Position numbers and translations under genes: made by a program. The notes beneath the pieces are model-generated. The model ran no database searches. It was not told the DNA's origin and worked only from the letters and a program-made list of their open reading frames with translations. A stretch of DNA of 63,891 bases, the filler included, from Collodictyon triciliatum (lineage: Eukaryota): the NCBI GenBank assembly GCA_043381765.1. It is 4 parts of 4 records of this genome, joined end to end, with 100 filler letters (N's around TTAATTAATTAA, not from the genome) between each part and the next. Parts side by side here need not be neighbours in the genome. Positions count along the whole stretch, not along the records: positions 42,048 to 57,449 come from JBHJMP010001048.1; 3 more parts are not named here. The stretch is one strand, 5' to 3'. The number at the start of each line of letters is the position of its first letter. The stretch's first letter is position 1. Below are positions 42,150-53,999 of this stretch, one piece after another.

Positions 42150-44250
42150 CCAACGAAAGGGACTCTAGATACGGTATTAAATCAAGCAATTCGCGGTCAC
42201 TTTGGTCATCAAACCAAGTCGACAAAGCAACTCCGTTTTCTGGCTGAAATAAATACGAGAAGGGACTGTTGTCTAGTATGATGATTTCACGGATATCGCG
42301 ACCCAACCGTGACATGTCCTGTTTATCACATACGAGATGCCAGAGAAAAAAGTGAAAAATAATATAATTACATATATTTGCGTGGATGCATGCCTATCTA
42401 TAATTATTATTTTGGTAGATCGGACTAAAATGGGCGTGGCAATATTGCGTTGTTCATTATTTTCTTTTTCTTAATGAAAGCCTAGTGGCGTTGTATGCGT
42501 ACAATTAAAGTCAAGGTCTGGAGGCAAACCTTGACATAAGAACCGAAGTGTGTGGTACATGATTCACGAAACAATCGATATTTAACCAGCGAATTCGGGT
42601 CAAGTGTGTCTATTACTGGGTCGGCATACTATGCAATTTATAGTAGGCAATGAGATTGATAGAAGAAGAAAAAACGAAAAGCTTTTCCGAGGATAGAAAA
42701 TATTAAACGAGGGCGGTTTTCTAGCGACGGAAGCGAAAGAATAAGAGCAAAATAATGGTTTCATTTACCCCTCGTCACTTTATTTTGCTACAAAGATATA
42801 GATCTGCATTAAAGTAAACATAAATAACTACCTTTCCTAGAGATGCTGTGAATATTACCAATTCGAAAATATCTGCCATTTTTGTCAAGAATTCATCCAC
42901 ATAGGGCCTCTTAGATACATACACGATGTGAATTCGACCTTCGATTTCCACTGATATCTCGAAACTTGTACTATTCCCATGCTGTGTATCCCATAAAAGA
43001 ATTGAAAAATATGAGCACTCATCCAAAAGACCAATCGGTATTCATGAAGTTGAATCATAGGCAACCTGAAATGCAGAATGTATAAGCGTTTCGTCTAAGT
43101 CTAAAACTAGAGTCTTTTTTTTCGAATCAGCTTCTGACTTTGGAGGGAGCAGAACATCTGATTTTCCCGTCGTTGGTGGAATCGGCTTGTTAGAAGATTA
43201 ACATTAGAAACCAGTTACTTTGAATCGAATAAAGGGGAAAAAAAACATTAGAACCCAGTTGGAAAAAATATCAAGCTAATCTTAATTAAATTTCATTTCT
43301 TTATTTCATTCCAATTCTTTGCTCTTGATATCTTGTTTTATTCTTCCGTTCAGTTTGTGCAAGATGGTGATGTATTTGATTTTTCATACTTAATTTTTCA
43401 TACTTCATTCTTTTTTCGTTTTTCGTTTTTCGTTTTTCGTTTTTCGTTTTTCGTTTTTCGTTTTTCGTTTTTCGTTTTTCGTTTTTCGTTTTTCGTTTTT
43501 CGTTTTTCGTTTTTCGTTTTTCGTTTTTCGTTTTTCTTAATTCTTTATTTTATAATAAACTCTTAATTATTCATTATTCATTTATTTCAAGTCGGGCTCG
43601 ATAATAAGATGTCATAAAATGCAGTAGTATTTAGGCTACCTCTGTGGGTTTCATTTCTTTGCTTGGACTATTTGTTGTGCTCTGAAAACATCGGCATAAA
43701 AGAGTCTTCCAAGAGAAAACGGGCTCGTCACTATGCATTTGGCGAGATTCTACAAATGTATGGAAAATGAAGTCAGTAAGTGAGTGATCCGCAATTACGC
43801 GAAGTTGGGATATAATTTATGCGAAATGGCTAAAGGTCAACCTCAATCAGCCATTCACAAGAGTTCAACTCATTTATCGGCTCAAGTAGTGGCCAGCAAA
43901 ACGAGGTATTGATTACGAAAGAGAATATTTCGTGTAAGATTAAAAAGGACAAACGCTTTGAGGCATCTTGACTCGGGCCGGGGTGTAAAGGAACTACAGA
44001 GCGGCTACTCCCATTACCAACCACAGAAGAATCTGGGCCTGGCTGTGCTTGGGTGATAAACGACGGAGCTTGTGCAGCAATCGGCAAGCCTGTCTGTGAC
44101 TCTGAACCCGAGGCTGGTGATATCTGGCATTGAGTAAAATCATTTCAAGATTAAATAGGATGTGGAGGGCTTTGGGTGTTTGCAGTTGCTGATGAGTGAG
44201 AAAAGAGCGGCAGATGGTTTGTGTCCAGGGAGAGGTGTAAGTTGCAGTGA
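42150..44250 (-). CDS. CTD small phosphatase-like protein (SCP/CTDSP, FCP1-homology HAD domain), multi-exon, ends unresolved
   Basis: [18 protein letters not shown] (DxDxT motif), [85 protein letters not shown]-terminal LLCRCF resembles the SCP palmitoylation motif. Confidence 0.93.
43411..43535 (+). repeat. Intronic (TTTTTCG)n microsatellite
   Basis: About 17 perfect 7-mers. Confidence 0.95.
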
Positions 44251-45216
44251 CATATTGGCCCTTGGTATGTGNNNNNNNNNNNNNNNNNNNNNNNNNNNNN
44301 NNNNNNNNNNNNNNNNNNNNNNNNNNNNNNNNNNNNNNNNNNNNNNNNNNNNNNNNNNNNNNNNNNNNNNNNNNNNNNNNNNNNNNNNNNNNNNNNNNNN
44401 NNNNNNNNNNNNNNNNNNNNNNNNNNNNNNNNNNNNNNNNNNNNNNNNNNNNNNNNNNNNNNNNNNNNNNNNNNNNNNNNNNNNNNNNNNNNNNNNNNNN
44501 NNNNNNNNNNNNNNNNNNNNNNNNNNNNNNNNNNNNNNNNNNNNNNNNNNNNNNNNNNNNNNNNNNNNNNNNNNNNNNNNNNNNNNNNNNNNNNNNNNNN
44601 NNNNNNNNNNNNNNNNNNNNNNNNNNNNNNNNNNNNNNNNNNNNNNNNNNNNNNNNNNNNNNNNNNNNNNNNNNNNNNNNNNNNNNNNNNNNNNNNNNNN
44701 NNNNNNNNNNNNNNNNNNNNNNNNNNNNNNNNNNNNNNNNNNNNNNNNNNNNNNNNNNNNNNNNNNNNAACTCATAATGCAGTATAGTCAAATTCACAAT
44801 ATCTTTGTATATTGAATGTACAACAGCACGGATGACGTACTGCGCAGATCATCACAGAAAAAACAGATAGACGAGACTTATGTAATAATGTTCTATGTGG
44901 CGCTTTGCAATTCCGCTTCCACATTTGCTGTGCTGATGAAACCTCTTCCAGAATAGGATAGATTGACAATCATGCGAGTTCATCCGTTTGCCTGCCAGAA
45001 GACACACGCCAGAACTCGGAGAAGGCAGCAGACAAACAACACTTCAAAGCCGCATTGCTGCGCCAACAGCAAAACAGCAGACCAAGCGAAAAGACACAGC
45101 AAACGACACTGGCAATCAACCTTCCCAGTGCAACGGAGTTACCGGCATATCAGACCAGGCTCGCATTAACTTGCACACACATAGGCAGCTCAAGACCAAT
45201 ATTCCAGAGTATTCAC

Positions 45217-46677
45217 ATGGATGCAATTCGCAGCGCAAAGGAACAGGATCCACAATGCCTGGGCGAGGACTCAGAAAACGACAGTCAACCGGTTGAGTAC
45301 AAAGTGACTGCACTATCGGCTCTACTCCAAGCTTTTGTTCTTCTTTTCAGGATGGTGGCCAAGCTCTTTCCCGTACTTCTGTTCAACACAGTGGTAATGT
45401 GTGGCATATACCTTCCGGCACTTTACCTTGGGGACGACAGGGTGGATCGCTTCGAAGATCAGCTCTATGACTATACGATCGCAGCTCTGATGGTCTTTAC
45501 GTGCTGGATTTCTGTATCTCTGACAGCTATCCACATCTTCAGTTTCGAGTTTGGCAAGAGAGCTGTTCTCTTTGCTTTTGTTCCTGCCTTTACAAAGAAT
45601 TGCATTTTGTACCTTACTCCCCAATTGAAGACCATTCCTTACATCTGGAATATAGGGAGTGTGTTAGATCTTCCTCTGTTTGCTCTAGGTATGTATCTAG
45701 TCTACAAATCAGAGGCTCCAAAGACCATGGATGACAAGCAAAGTATGCATTATGCATTGACAAAGGATGGTTCTCCTCTTGCATTGTTCAAGGGCGTTTT
45801 CGGGTTTTACCTATTCGTTGGGTTCATATTTTATAATATCCTATTTTTGTTTTTAGACGTTTCTTTCTCTAAACAGTTGATTTTTCGCTTCGTCGTATTC
45901 CCCTTATGTTTTACAATATCTAAATTGTTTCAAAAGCGTGTTGTTTTTGGCCTGTCGATCGGGCCTATGAATCGAAGGTTGCTCGTGTATAAGATGTGTA
46001 ACCATCTAATTCAATTCATCGGACGAGTTCTTTTATCAAATTTACTGACAAACAGTTCTTCCATGAGTGTTTTCATCTTGATTAACGCAGTGGCAGTTTT
46101 CCTTGAGATTTTTGCGATAATATCCTTTTCGTATCGCACACGCCTATTATACCGGGCCAATTTAATTTGGGATGCTTTCCAGGTTGGTATGCTCAGTCAA
46201 AAAAATGAAGAAAACGAGGCCGAAACTTCTTTGGGGGGTATAGATATATCTGACACCGACTCACTTTACCAAGGATTAAATGTTGAAGATGAATCTCCAA
46301 TAAATTCAGAACACCAGATAGAGGAGCAACACTTACGAGATGCAACAGATTTTCGTTCGAAATACATCTATGATGACATGAGTTCTGAGATACACTCAAT
46401 TGTTGTAGCTTCGCTTCTTATGTATTTAATTCACCCAATCCGCTCCAATTCCTCTGGCATTAAGACAATATCTTCACTAGAGAAATGCGCATACCAGATA
46501 TTAGTGCAGGTGATTTTTGAAGTTGTTGGGGACTTGGCTGCGTTGGCCTACGAAATATATTACAAACGCATTTACCCTCAAAACTTTGGGGAGTGGAAAC
46601 CAATTTACCAGCCCGTGATGTTCTTATGGTCACTATATTGCATCTTTCAAATGCATCTAAGTGTTATTGCATATTAG
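45217..46677 (+). CDS. Intronless multipass membrane protein, function unknown (~486 aa)
   Basis: Long uninterrupted ORF with roughly 10 or more hydrophobic segments and an acidic loop; first ATG at 45217. Confidence 0.75.
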   Translation: MDAIRSAKEQDPQCLGEDSENDSQPVEYKVTALSALLQAFVLLFRMVAKLFPVLLFNTVVMCGIYLPALYLGDDRVDRFEDQLYDYTIAALMVFTCWISVSLTAIHIFSFEFGKRAVLFAFVPAFTKNCILYLTPQLKTIPYIWNIGSVLDLPLFALGMYLVYKSEAPKTMDDKQSMHYALTKDGSPLALFKGVFGFYLFVGFIFYNILFLFLDVSFSKQLIFRFVVFPLCFTISKLFQKRVVFGLSIGPMNRRLLVYKMCNHLIQFIGRVLLSNLLTNSSSMSVFILINAVAVFLEIFAIISFSYRTRLLYRANLIWDAFQVGMLSQKNEENEAETSLGGIDISDTDSLYQGLNVEDESPINSEHQIEEQHLRDATDFRSKYIYDDMSSEIHSIVVASLLMYLIHPIRSNSSGIKTISSLEKCAYQILVQVIFEVVGDLAALAYEIYYKRIYPQNFGEWKPIYQPVMFLWSLYCIFQMHLSVIAY

Positions 46678-47064
46678 CCTCCAATCTAAAGCAAATAAAA
46701 AAATAAAAACCATAAGTTGTGTTTTGAATTGTATTTCCTATTAGTTTTAAGAGGAAAGCATATTGTCGCTTCACCTAGACACTGAAGGTATTTGATTAGA
46801 AGCTCAGAATCCTTAAAAAAACAAAAAAAACAAAAAAACCGCGCCAAATTCATGTTCTCGGTATTTGATACAAGATTTGTGCAAACTCTATCATATATCT
46901 AGCAGTAAAAAGTTGGTTATTTTACAGGTTGCAGACACTTTGAACATTTCTCATAAAAATATTTTCTTATTTGAGATTATTCTGGTCAAATTGTTTTGTG
47001 GGGTTTTTGTTTTTTAATGGGTTAAGGTAATCATATTGTCCTGAGGTGGGTGAAAGGTAGCACC

Positions 47065-50000
47065 TTATGATAGAAGCTTTTGTATCTCCGCAAGGTGTGT
47101 GGGTAGCAGGTCCAATCTTCCATAGTCAGCAGCTATTTGTTCCATGTCATGTCGAAGGGATTCTAGTCCAGCATCAGCAACTTCCTTGTAGGCAGTCTTT
47201 GACGCAGTAACGATTTCGTTATGGCTAGAAAGGCAATTCATACAAAAAAAATTGGTTGAGGTATGTCCATTTAAGGTCATTTAATCGGTAATAAGCATAT
47301 TGCATGAGTCTGATTCCAATTTGTTTGAAAAGAGAAAGACTTTACCGAACGACCAGCGCAAAGGGATGGGTATGACCAACAAGCCTCTCAAATATGATGC
47401 GAGCACTACCCAGGAGCTTTGACGCATCTTCAACCTGACCACGTCCCTTGAGCAATAAAGCCAAGCTGTTTAGGGTGGATGCTGATTGAAATAAGCGTTG
47501 GAGCTGAAGGGTTTGGTCTGATGACTGTGGGCAGATCGAGGAGAAGCTCTGTACATGTTTCCAGAGCAAAGAGAGGGAAACCCATGAAAAATAGCACATG
47601 GTTTTTTAATGTCATTATGGTCAATTCGTAATGAATAGATTCAATATTGAAAGACCTACTTGAATAAGATGTAATTCGGCTGCTTTCAAAAAACCAGAGG
47701 AATAATAAAGATGGCAGACATTGTGATGAAGAGTGGAAATATCCTAAAGATAACTCACAATCAAAGTATGTGCCATGTGCTGAGCTTAAATAAGTTATGG
47801 ACAAGTACTTAAATGATTTGAAGGCAAAGAAGACAAAACGCAAGAATACTCTGTTAAGGTTATGTTGGGTTATATGAGAAAAATACAATATGTCCGTGCT
47901 GGAGGCTTGTTTTGGATTGCTCGAGTGCGCTCCTTAGGAGGTATCCAGCTGTCTTTTGGGATGAGCTTTGAATGATTGTTTCTTTAATTTAAAAATGCAA
48001 TGAATCGTATTAATTAACAACAACAAAGGGGAAAAAAACTATGCAATGTGGACATTTCCCCTCCTAAAATTGAACCATACAACGGATATCCTGGTTTCAA
48101 GCAACAAAGAGCATAACCATTCATAGCCGCGATTTGTTGGTGTAAGTATGACGGGGCTCCTAAAAAAAAAAGATAATAATGCGAGGGCGTATCTCTAAAT
48201 TCGAGTTATATGGATGATCTGCAAGGCGATACCTACTTGGCTAATTTATAGCCTCGAGTAGAAATTACCTTTGAATGTGAGTTTGGATAGAATTTCTTTG
48301 TAGACATCAAAGGCATCACTGATTTTCTCAGATAAGAATAAAGATGTTGCATACTCTAGTTGAATTTTTATCAATTGCTGAGAATATTCGTGCTGCAACT
48401 AATTAATAGCAAGGATTATTACAAGGATATTGGGTAAACGTAAATACATTAAAATGACTATGAGCTCCAAAGTTTTTTTTTTTTGTAGTTCATGCACCTG
48501 ATTTTTCATATTCGCTGATTGGCTCAGTTGGTTGTTGAGTTCTCCAAGTTGATCAATAGCTCTTTTTAGGATTTTAGATGCGGGAATGTAATAGCCGATA
48601 TCATTGAAGAAACTCCCTGAGTAATACTCCAGATTGCTAATATAGATTAAATTTTAACTATTTTCTTTCATATTATCGATGATGTTTTGTCACACTTTCA
48701 CTTTAAGAATGTTTAATAGTACATCTGCTCGTGAACGTCCCTACTACCGGATACGGAAAGAACATTTGAATACAATTCGACGGCTTCTACAAACCTATGT
48801 ATTCATTTATTCAAATAAAATAAGCACCCGCCACTTATCCGTGTGATTACTAGTGATACCGATATACTCAAGTATACCCGCGTGATTGGGACATCCATGA
48901 AGCCATCAAATGGAAACGAAGCTCATCATCACCTTCAAACACAGTTTGAAGAACTCCAGAGGTTGTGTGGGCTGTCATGAGTGGTATTTTGTATTTTAGT
49001 GTTCTTTTTGTCAGGAATAAACGTTAAAGGGTGTCCTTGTGATACAGTATGGCCTAATTTCAATACATACGAGTAAAACCAAAAAAAAGAAAAAAAGAAA
49101 AAAAGAAAGAAAAAGAAGGGGTTAAAAAAAGTGCACCGTACACAATTCAGCACTCTGTTCGATTGTCGGGATTGGGTCTATATCATGGTAAGGAAACAAA
49201 GAAGGATAAAAGCATATTGAATATGAGAAATATTAATGAATTTTTAGATGTCATTTGTGTAATTTAGAGGTGTATGTATGTGTATGTAAGTGTGACTATT
49301 TTGGCCTCTAGATACTAATTGGCACTTTTTTAAGAACTGGAACCTGAAAGAATAAGTGACACAGAGCGTTCGATGACAGGAGGCACCCATATTTTGCTTT
49401 GTTGTAGTGTTGCCTGATTCTTTTCTAAAAGTTTGAAGTTGAAAAATATGTAATACATGAAAGATAGAAAAATGGAATAATCTTATCGCAAAATATATAG
49501 GTAAAATAGGATAGGAGCATTAACATAGAGACCAGCATTTGTACTTACTTAATTGCACGAAAACTTTCGCAAGGGTGACCTTAGGGCCATAGTGACCTTT
49601 CCAGTATTTTCCGTCTTTAGCCGCATCTTCAAAGTATATGTACCTTTGGGTTGCGATTTATATAATTTGATATGCTGACATCAAATGATCAAAAAAATTG
49701 GTCATAGCAGGCGCTAGGAATATTAAAATGTATAATACCTGAGCCCTCTCCTGTATTCTTTAAATGTGTGTTCCACCACTTGCATTTCAGAACCAAGGTC
49801 AATCGATGTGTTAAAGATACTATTCGCCTCCAGACGGACATTATTGCCATCCCTAAGCTCAACCTACGTGAATATGAGTCAAACCAAATCCTTTGATAAA
49901 TAAGGTGATTTTCTTATATCTCTTTCTTTACACATTACCCTGACTACCACAGTTGAGATTTTTTTTCCTTTATTCGATTCAACCATAGTTGAGATTTAAT

Positions 50001-53000
50001 CACACGAGAAAGTCTGATTGAATTCAAAATTACATTCATAGCATACGACCCACCGCCTCCGCAGCTTCCTATTATAACAGTTTCTGATACGTAGATCTAA
50101 GTCGAATATTGGATTGTGTGTGTAAAACGAAATGGGTATATTATAATAGGATTTTATGGTAAACTTCGAGAACAATACACACTTGTGGGGATTTATCAAG
50201 CTCCTCTTCAGAGTAACCCATAGAAATCAAGTCAAGAAGCTGGCTACGTCTACACCAGCCATAAGACGTAACAAAGGCCTTAAAATTTTTAATAAAAAAG
50301 CGTCAATATAATCGACGAAATATTTGTTTATATTAGGGATATTCTCTCTAATCATGATTACTTTCTCTGCCGTGGAGAATCCCTCGCAAACGACCCATCC
50401 GTCACCACCATTAGCAATAATCTAGAAGAGCATTAATGTGGATATAACAAAATAATACATATGAGAACTGCGAGAGTACATATAGTTCATTAACAAGTAT
50501 GCCCATGAAATAGATATTCCTGTAAAATACATTCCATCCGTCTAAGGACCCAGATTCGGCAGAGCCATTGGCCAAAAGGTTTTCATAGACATCTAGTAAG
50601 TGGGTAGTGTAATATGAACTGCAAAGATAACTAAGGCACATAATATACCACATCTTGGAATACATATCTTATATGTAAATAATAGCAATATATGAGATTG
50701 GAAAAGCTACCCTCGCTTTGATGTAACAAAGAGGGATATCTCTGGTGCGATTTTTCGTAGGTTTAGCAATCGAAGAAAAATATCATATTTGTGTTTTCAA
50801 ACCTTATTTTACACAGATCAGGCGAATAAGTAATGTTTACGATACATAATAAACAAATAGGGCTACACGAAGAGGATAATGAAATTTACCAGTAATAACC
50901 CTCTTGCCCCAAGCAAAACTCTACCTGACTGCTCTGATTGACTACTCAATAAATCGCGAATGTCGAAAGGAATTCCATCGTAGCTGTTCACATGCGATGA
51001 TATTGCATCGGCGCATATAGACATCAATGATGGAACTCTGTCAGTATTACTTTGTTCCTTGCTTAGACCATTGTTTTTGGCTGTGGAAATTTGAATGTCA
51101 TGGACATATTTATCGACCTCATCGCCAATATAAGTGGGATTGGTATCTATCGAATTTGGGTGGGGTTCATGTATTAGCCAACGGTCTATTTATTATAGAT
51201 CACAAGGATATATGTATTCGAAAACTTGTTTCGATTCGAAAGTTTTTTTTTTTAAAAAAAAAAAACTTGATTGAATGATGCCTCATGCTTTGAGAAAGCC
51301 ATTACCCCACTCGGTTTGATTCGAGGAAAATACAGCAACGCCGCATAGAATGGGTGCCGCAGATGTCTTGGAATAGGTGATACTCTCAGCATTTAGACGT
51401 ACATAAATTGATTTAGAAGATGGCGATGTAATCACAGGAATATCGAGAGCGTGAAGATGACCAACTGATTGATGAATATCAATCGCGCTCAGCTATTAAT
51501 GATTCAGGTAGAATATCGTGAGCTTTCATAGATTGAAGTGTTTTTTTTTATAATAAAATTGAACGTGTGGGCACATATAGTCGCGATTGAAATGGTGATA
51601 AGATGTGAAACCTTACCCCTTCAATTCTTTTGTGCTGTATTAATGGATAAAAAATTCGTATACCAGCTTCTAGAGTGCGGCATTCAGCAAACCTGTGGTT
51701 GGGTATGGTTATCAATTTTAATTTTATAAGGAATCCTCTGCTCTAATTCTATCCCAGAAATAATTGCTATTCTATTTGGAAAAAAAAAAGGACGACTGGG
51801 CAGATTATACGTCTATCTGGTTTGAAAAAATAAATAAATTAGATTCACTTCAAAACAACCACGACAGGCTCAGCTTGATCGACATCGAGGGTAAAATCTA
51901 ATGGTCCAAACCCTGCGTGTTCATCTCCACAGCTATTGAATGATTGGTTTGAATTATTTTCCAAGGTTACTTTATGCATCTTAATTTCTGTTTTGTTTTT
52001 GTTTTTGTTTTTGTTTTTGTTTTTGTTTTTGTTTTTTGCTTGCTCCAATCTTTCAGTTCTCTCTTTCCAGTTGAACTGAAGGTTGAACGAGGAAGAAATC
52101 GGTATTGATGGAAAATATGAGTTTCACAGAAGTAAGGAAAGACTTTACCTCGATTGACCAGAAGTGTACAAAATACCATCATGGGTTCCTTGAATCATTT
52201 GAGAAAGAAATGGGTATGCGTACGGCGCTGTCGAAGCTTGGAAGAAATCTATTCCCAACATTTAATTTTATCCAATCAACCACGATGGGATAATAAAAGC
52301 AAGTATAAATCACTTTCATTCATTTACATAGTGGTGCGCAACATAAATAAAATCCTTTCATAATTCAAACTTTCAGGTGTGCGTTTGTAAATAACTCCGT
52401 CATATCCGTAATGATCTGCTGCTGCCCCAAATGTCCAAGCGCAGATAACGTCATTTCCTAGAAGAAAATGGATGTTGGTTATCCCTGTATTTGTTGGATT
52501 TGACAGAAGAACCCGGGTGGTGCTCAATAAAATAATAAGGATCTGAGATCTTACTTTGCACAAAGATACGGCCTTCCCCAGAGTAGTCGTCTTCGATATC
52601 CACGGCCACCTGAATACCCCACCAACCCGCATTTGGGAAGAGAGAGGCATCAAACTCAAAGGTAGCTCTACCTGGGTTAGAATCCCCTGCAACCTCAACC
52701 TCAAACGCTTCCATCTTCCGAACACTATTGTCATAGATAAGGGGATTAAGCTGAGCTCTAAAAATGTGGAAGGAGAAAAAGGCACTTTTGTAAAGGAAGA
52801 GAGGAAGGGGAGAAGAACTAGAGTGCTTTTTTTGTTTTTGTTTTTTAATGAGAACGAAATATTTGAAGCCGATCAGGCAGAAGCAAACATTTGGCGTCGG
52901 TCATTGGTTTGGCAAGAGAACTTCAAGTGCACAAGGCGGTTCCCGGGCGTAGCGAGGCTTTCGAGTGTGCTGCTCTGCAACAAAACACGAACCTATGCGA

Positions 53001-53115
53001 ACCGTCTCGGTTCAAAAAGGAGAGCGATCTTGAAAAAAGTACAAGGACACCGTACCTTTTCGGCTCGGCCGTGGGTCACAACAGTTGGCTCCAGGTGGAG
53101 GATGGTGGTCTTCAT
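47065..53115 (-). CDS. Multi-exon protein: Ig-like domain + malectin domain + BC-box-like motif + FBA (F-box-associated lectin) domain + TPR-like repeats
   Basis: Malectin-like: VICAWTFGAAADHYGYDGVIYK..IQGTHDGILY..VVVVLKFAECRTLEAGIRIF..IDIHQSVGHLHALDIPV..PILCGVAV. BC-box-like: VPSLMSICADAI..GIPFDIRDLL. FBA: NLLANGSAE..GWNIIANGGDGW..FVTSYGWCRRSQLLDL..EELD..HTFKEYRRGLRYIYFEDAAKDGKYWKGHYGPKVT. TPR-like: TLNSLALLLKGRGQVEDASKLL..IFERLVGHTHP. Start may lie further upstream; some internal exons not resolved. Confidence 0.75.
51990..52038 (+). repeat. Intronic (TTTTTG)n microsatellite
   Basis: About 8 hexamers. Confidence 0.9.
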
Positions 53116-53999
53116 GGGGGCAGTGGGGTTCAAGTCTGGGTATTTGCACGTGGGTGTCGGTGAGTCACGCAGCTGAGTTCTATGCGGCGAGGTATGTGCA
53201 CTTTGGTGTTTCTATGCGGCACTTGTTTGGCTCCACCACTGATGACAGCAGCGGGTGTGACGATTAAGGCGACGTGCGTTTGTGGCAGCCGGAAGGCAAC
53301 AACATATGTAAGTGACTTTGAATCGAATAAAGGAAAAAAAAAAACTCATGTAAATGTCAACGCAACACAACACAACAACCACCAGTGTCCGTCGGTATCA
53401 GAAGTTGTACCCATTCATAGAAGTCGACACATGGCTTTAACTACATAGGTATATAATTAATAAATATGTACAAAATTTATTTTGCTGTNNNNNNNNNNNN
53501 NNNNNNNNNNNNNNNNNNNNNNNNNNNNNNNNNNNNNNNNNNNNNNNNNNNNNNNNNNNNNNNNNNNNNNNNNNNNNNNNNNNNNNNNNNNNNNNNNNNN
53601 NNNNNNNNNNNNNNNNNNNNNNNNNNNNNNNNNNNNNNNNNNNNNNNNNNNNNNNNNNNNNNNNNNNNNNNNNNNNNNNNNNNNNNNNNNNNNNNNNNNN
53701 NNNNNNNNNNNNNNNNNNNNNNNNNNNNNNNNNNNNNNNNNNNNNNNNNNNNNNNNNNNNNNNNNNNNNNNNNNNNNNNNNNNNNNNNNNNNNNNNNNNN
53801 NNNNNNNNNNNNNNNNNNNNNNNNNNNNNNNNNNNNNNNNNNNNNNNNNNNNNNNNNNNNNNNNNNNNNNNNNNNNNNNNNNNNNNNNNNNNNNNNNNNN
53901 NNNNNNNNNNNNNNNNNNNNNNNNNNNNNNNNNNNNNNNNNNNNNNCGCAATCATCCCAAATTCAAGGGATAAATAAAAATATCAAATGTTAGAAAGAG

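Noticed and set aside
51600-51780. Apparent in-frame stops suggesting an alternative genetic code or pseudogene
   Set aside because: Resolved by the CACAG acceptor, which restores LKFAECRTLEAG under the standard code.
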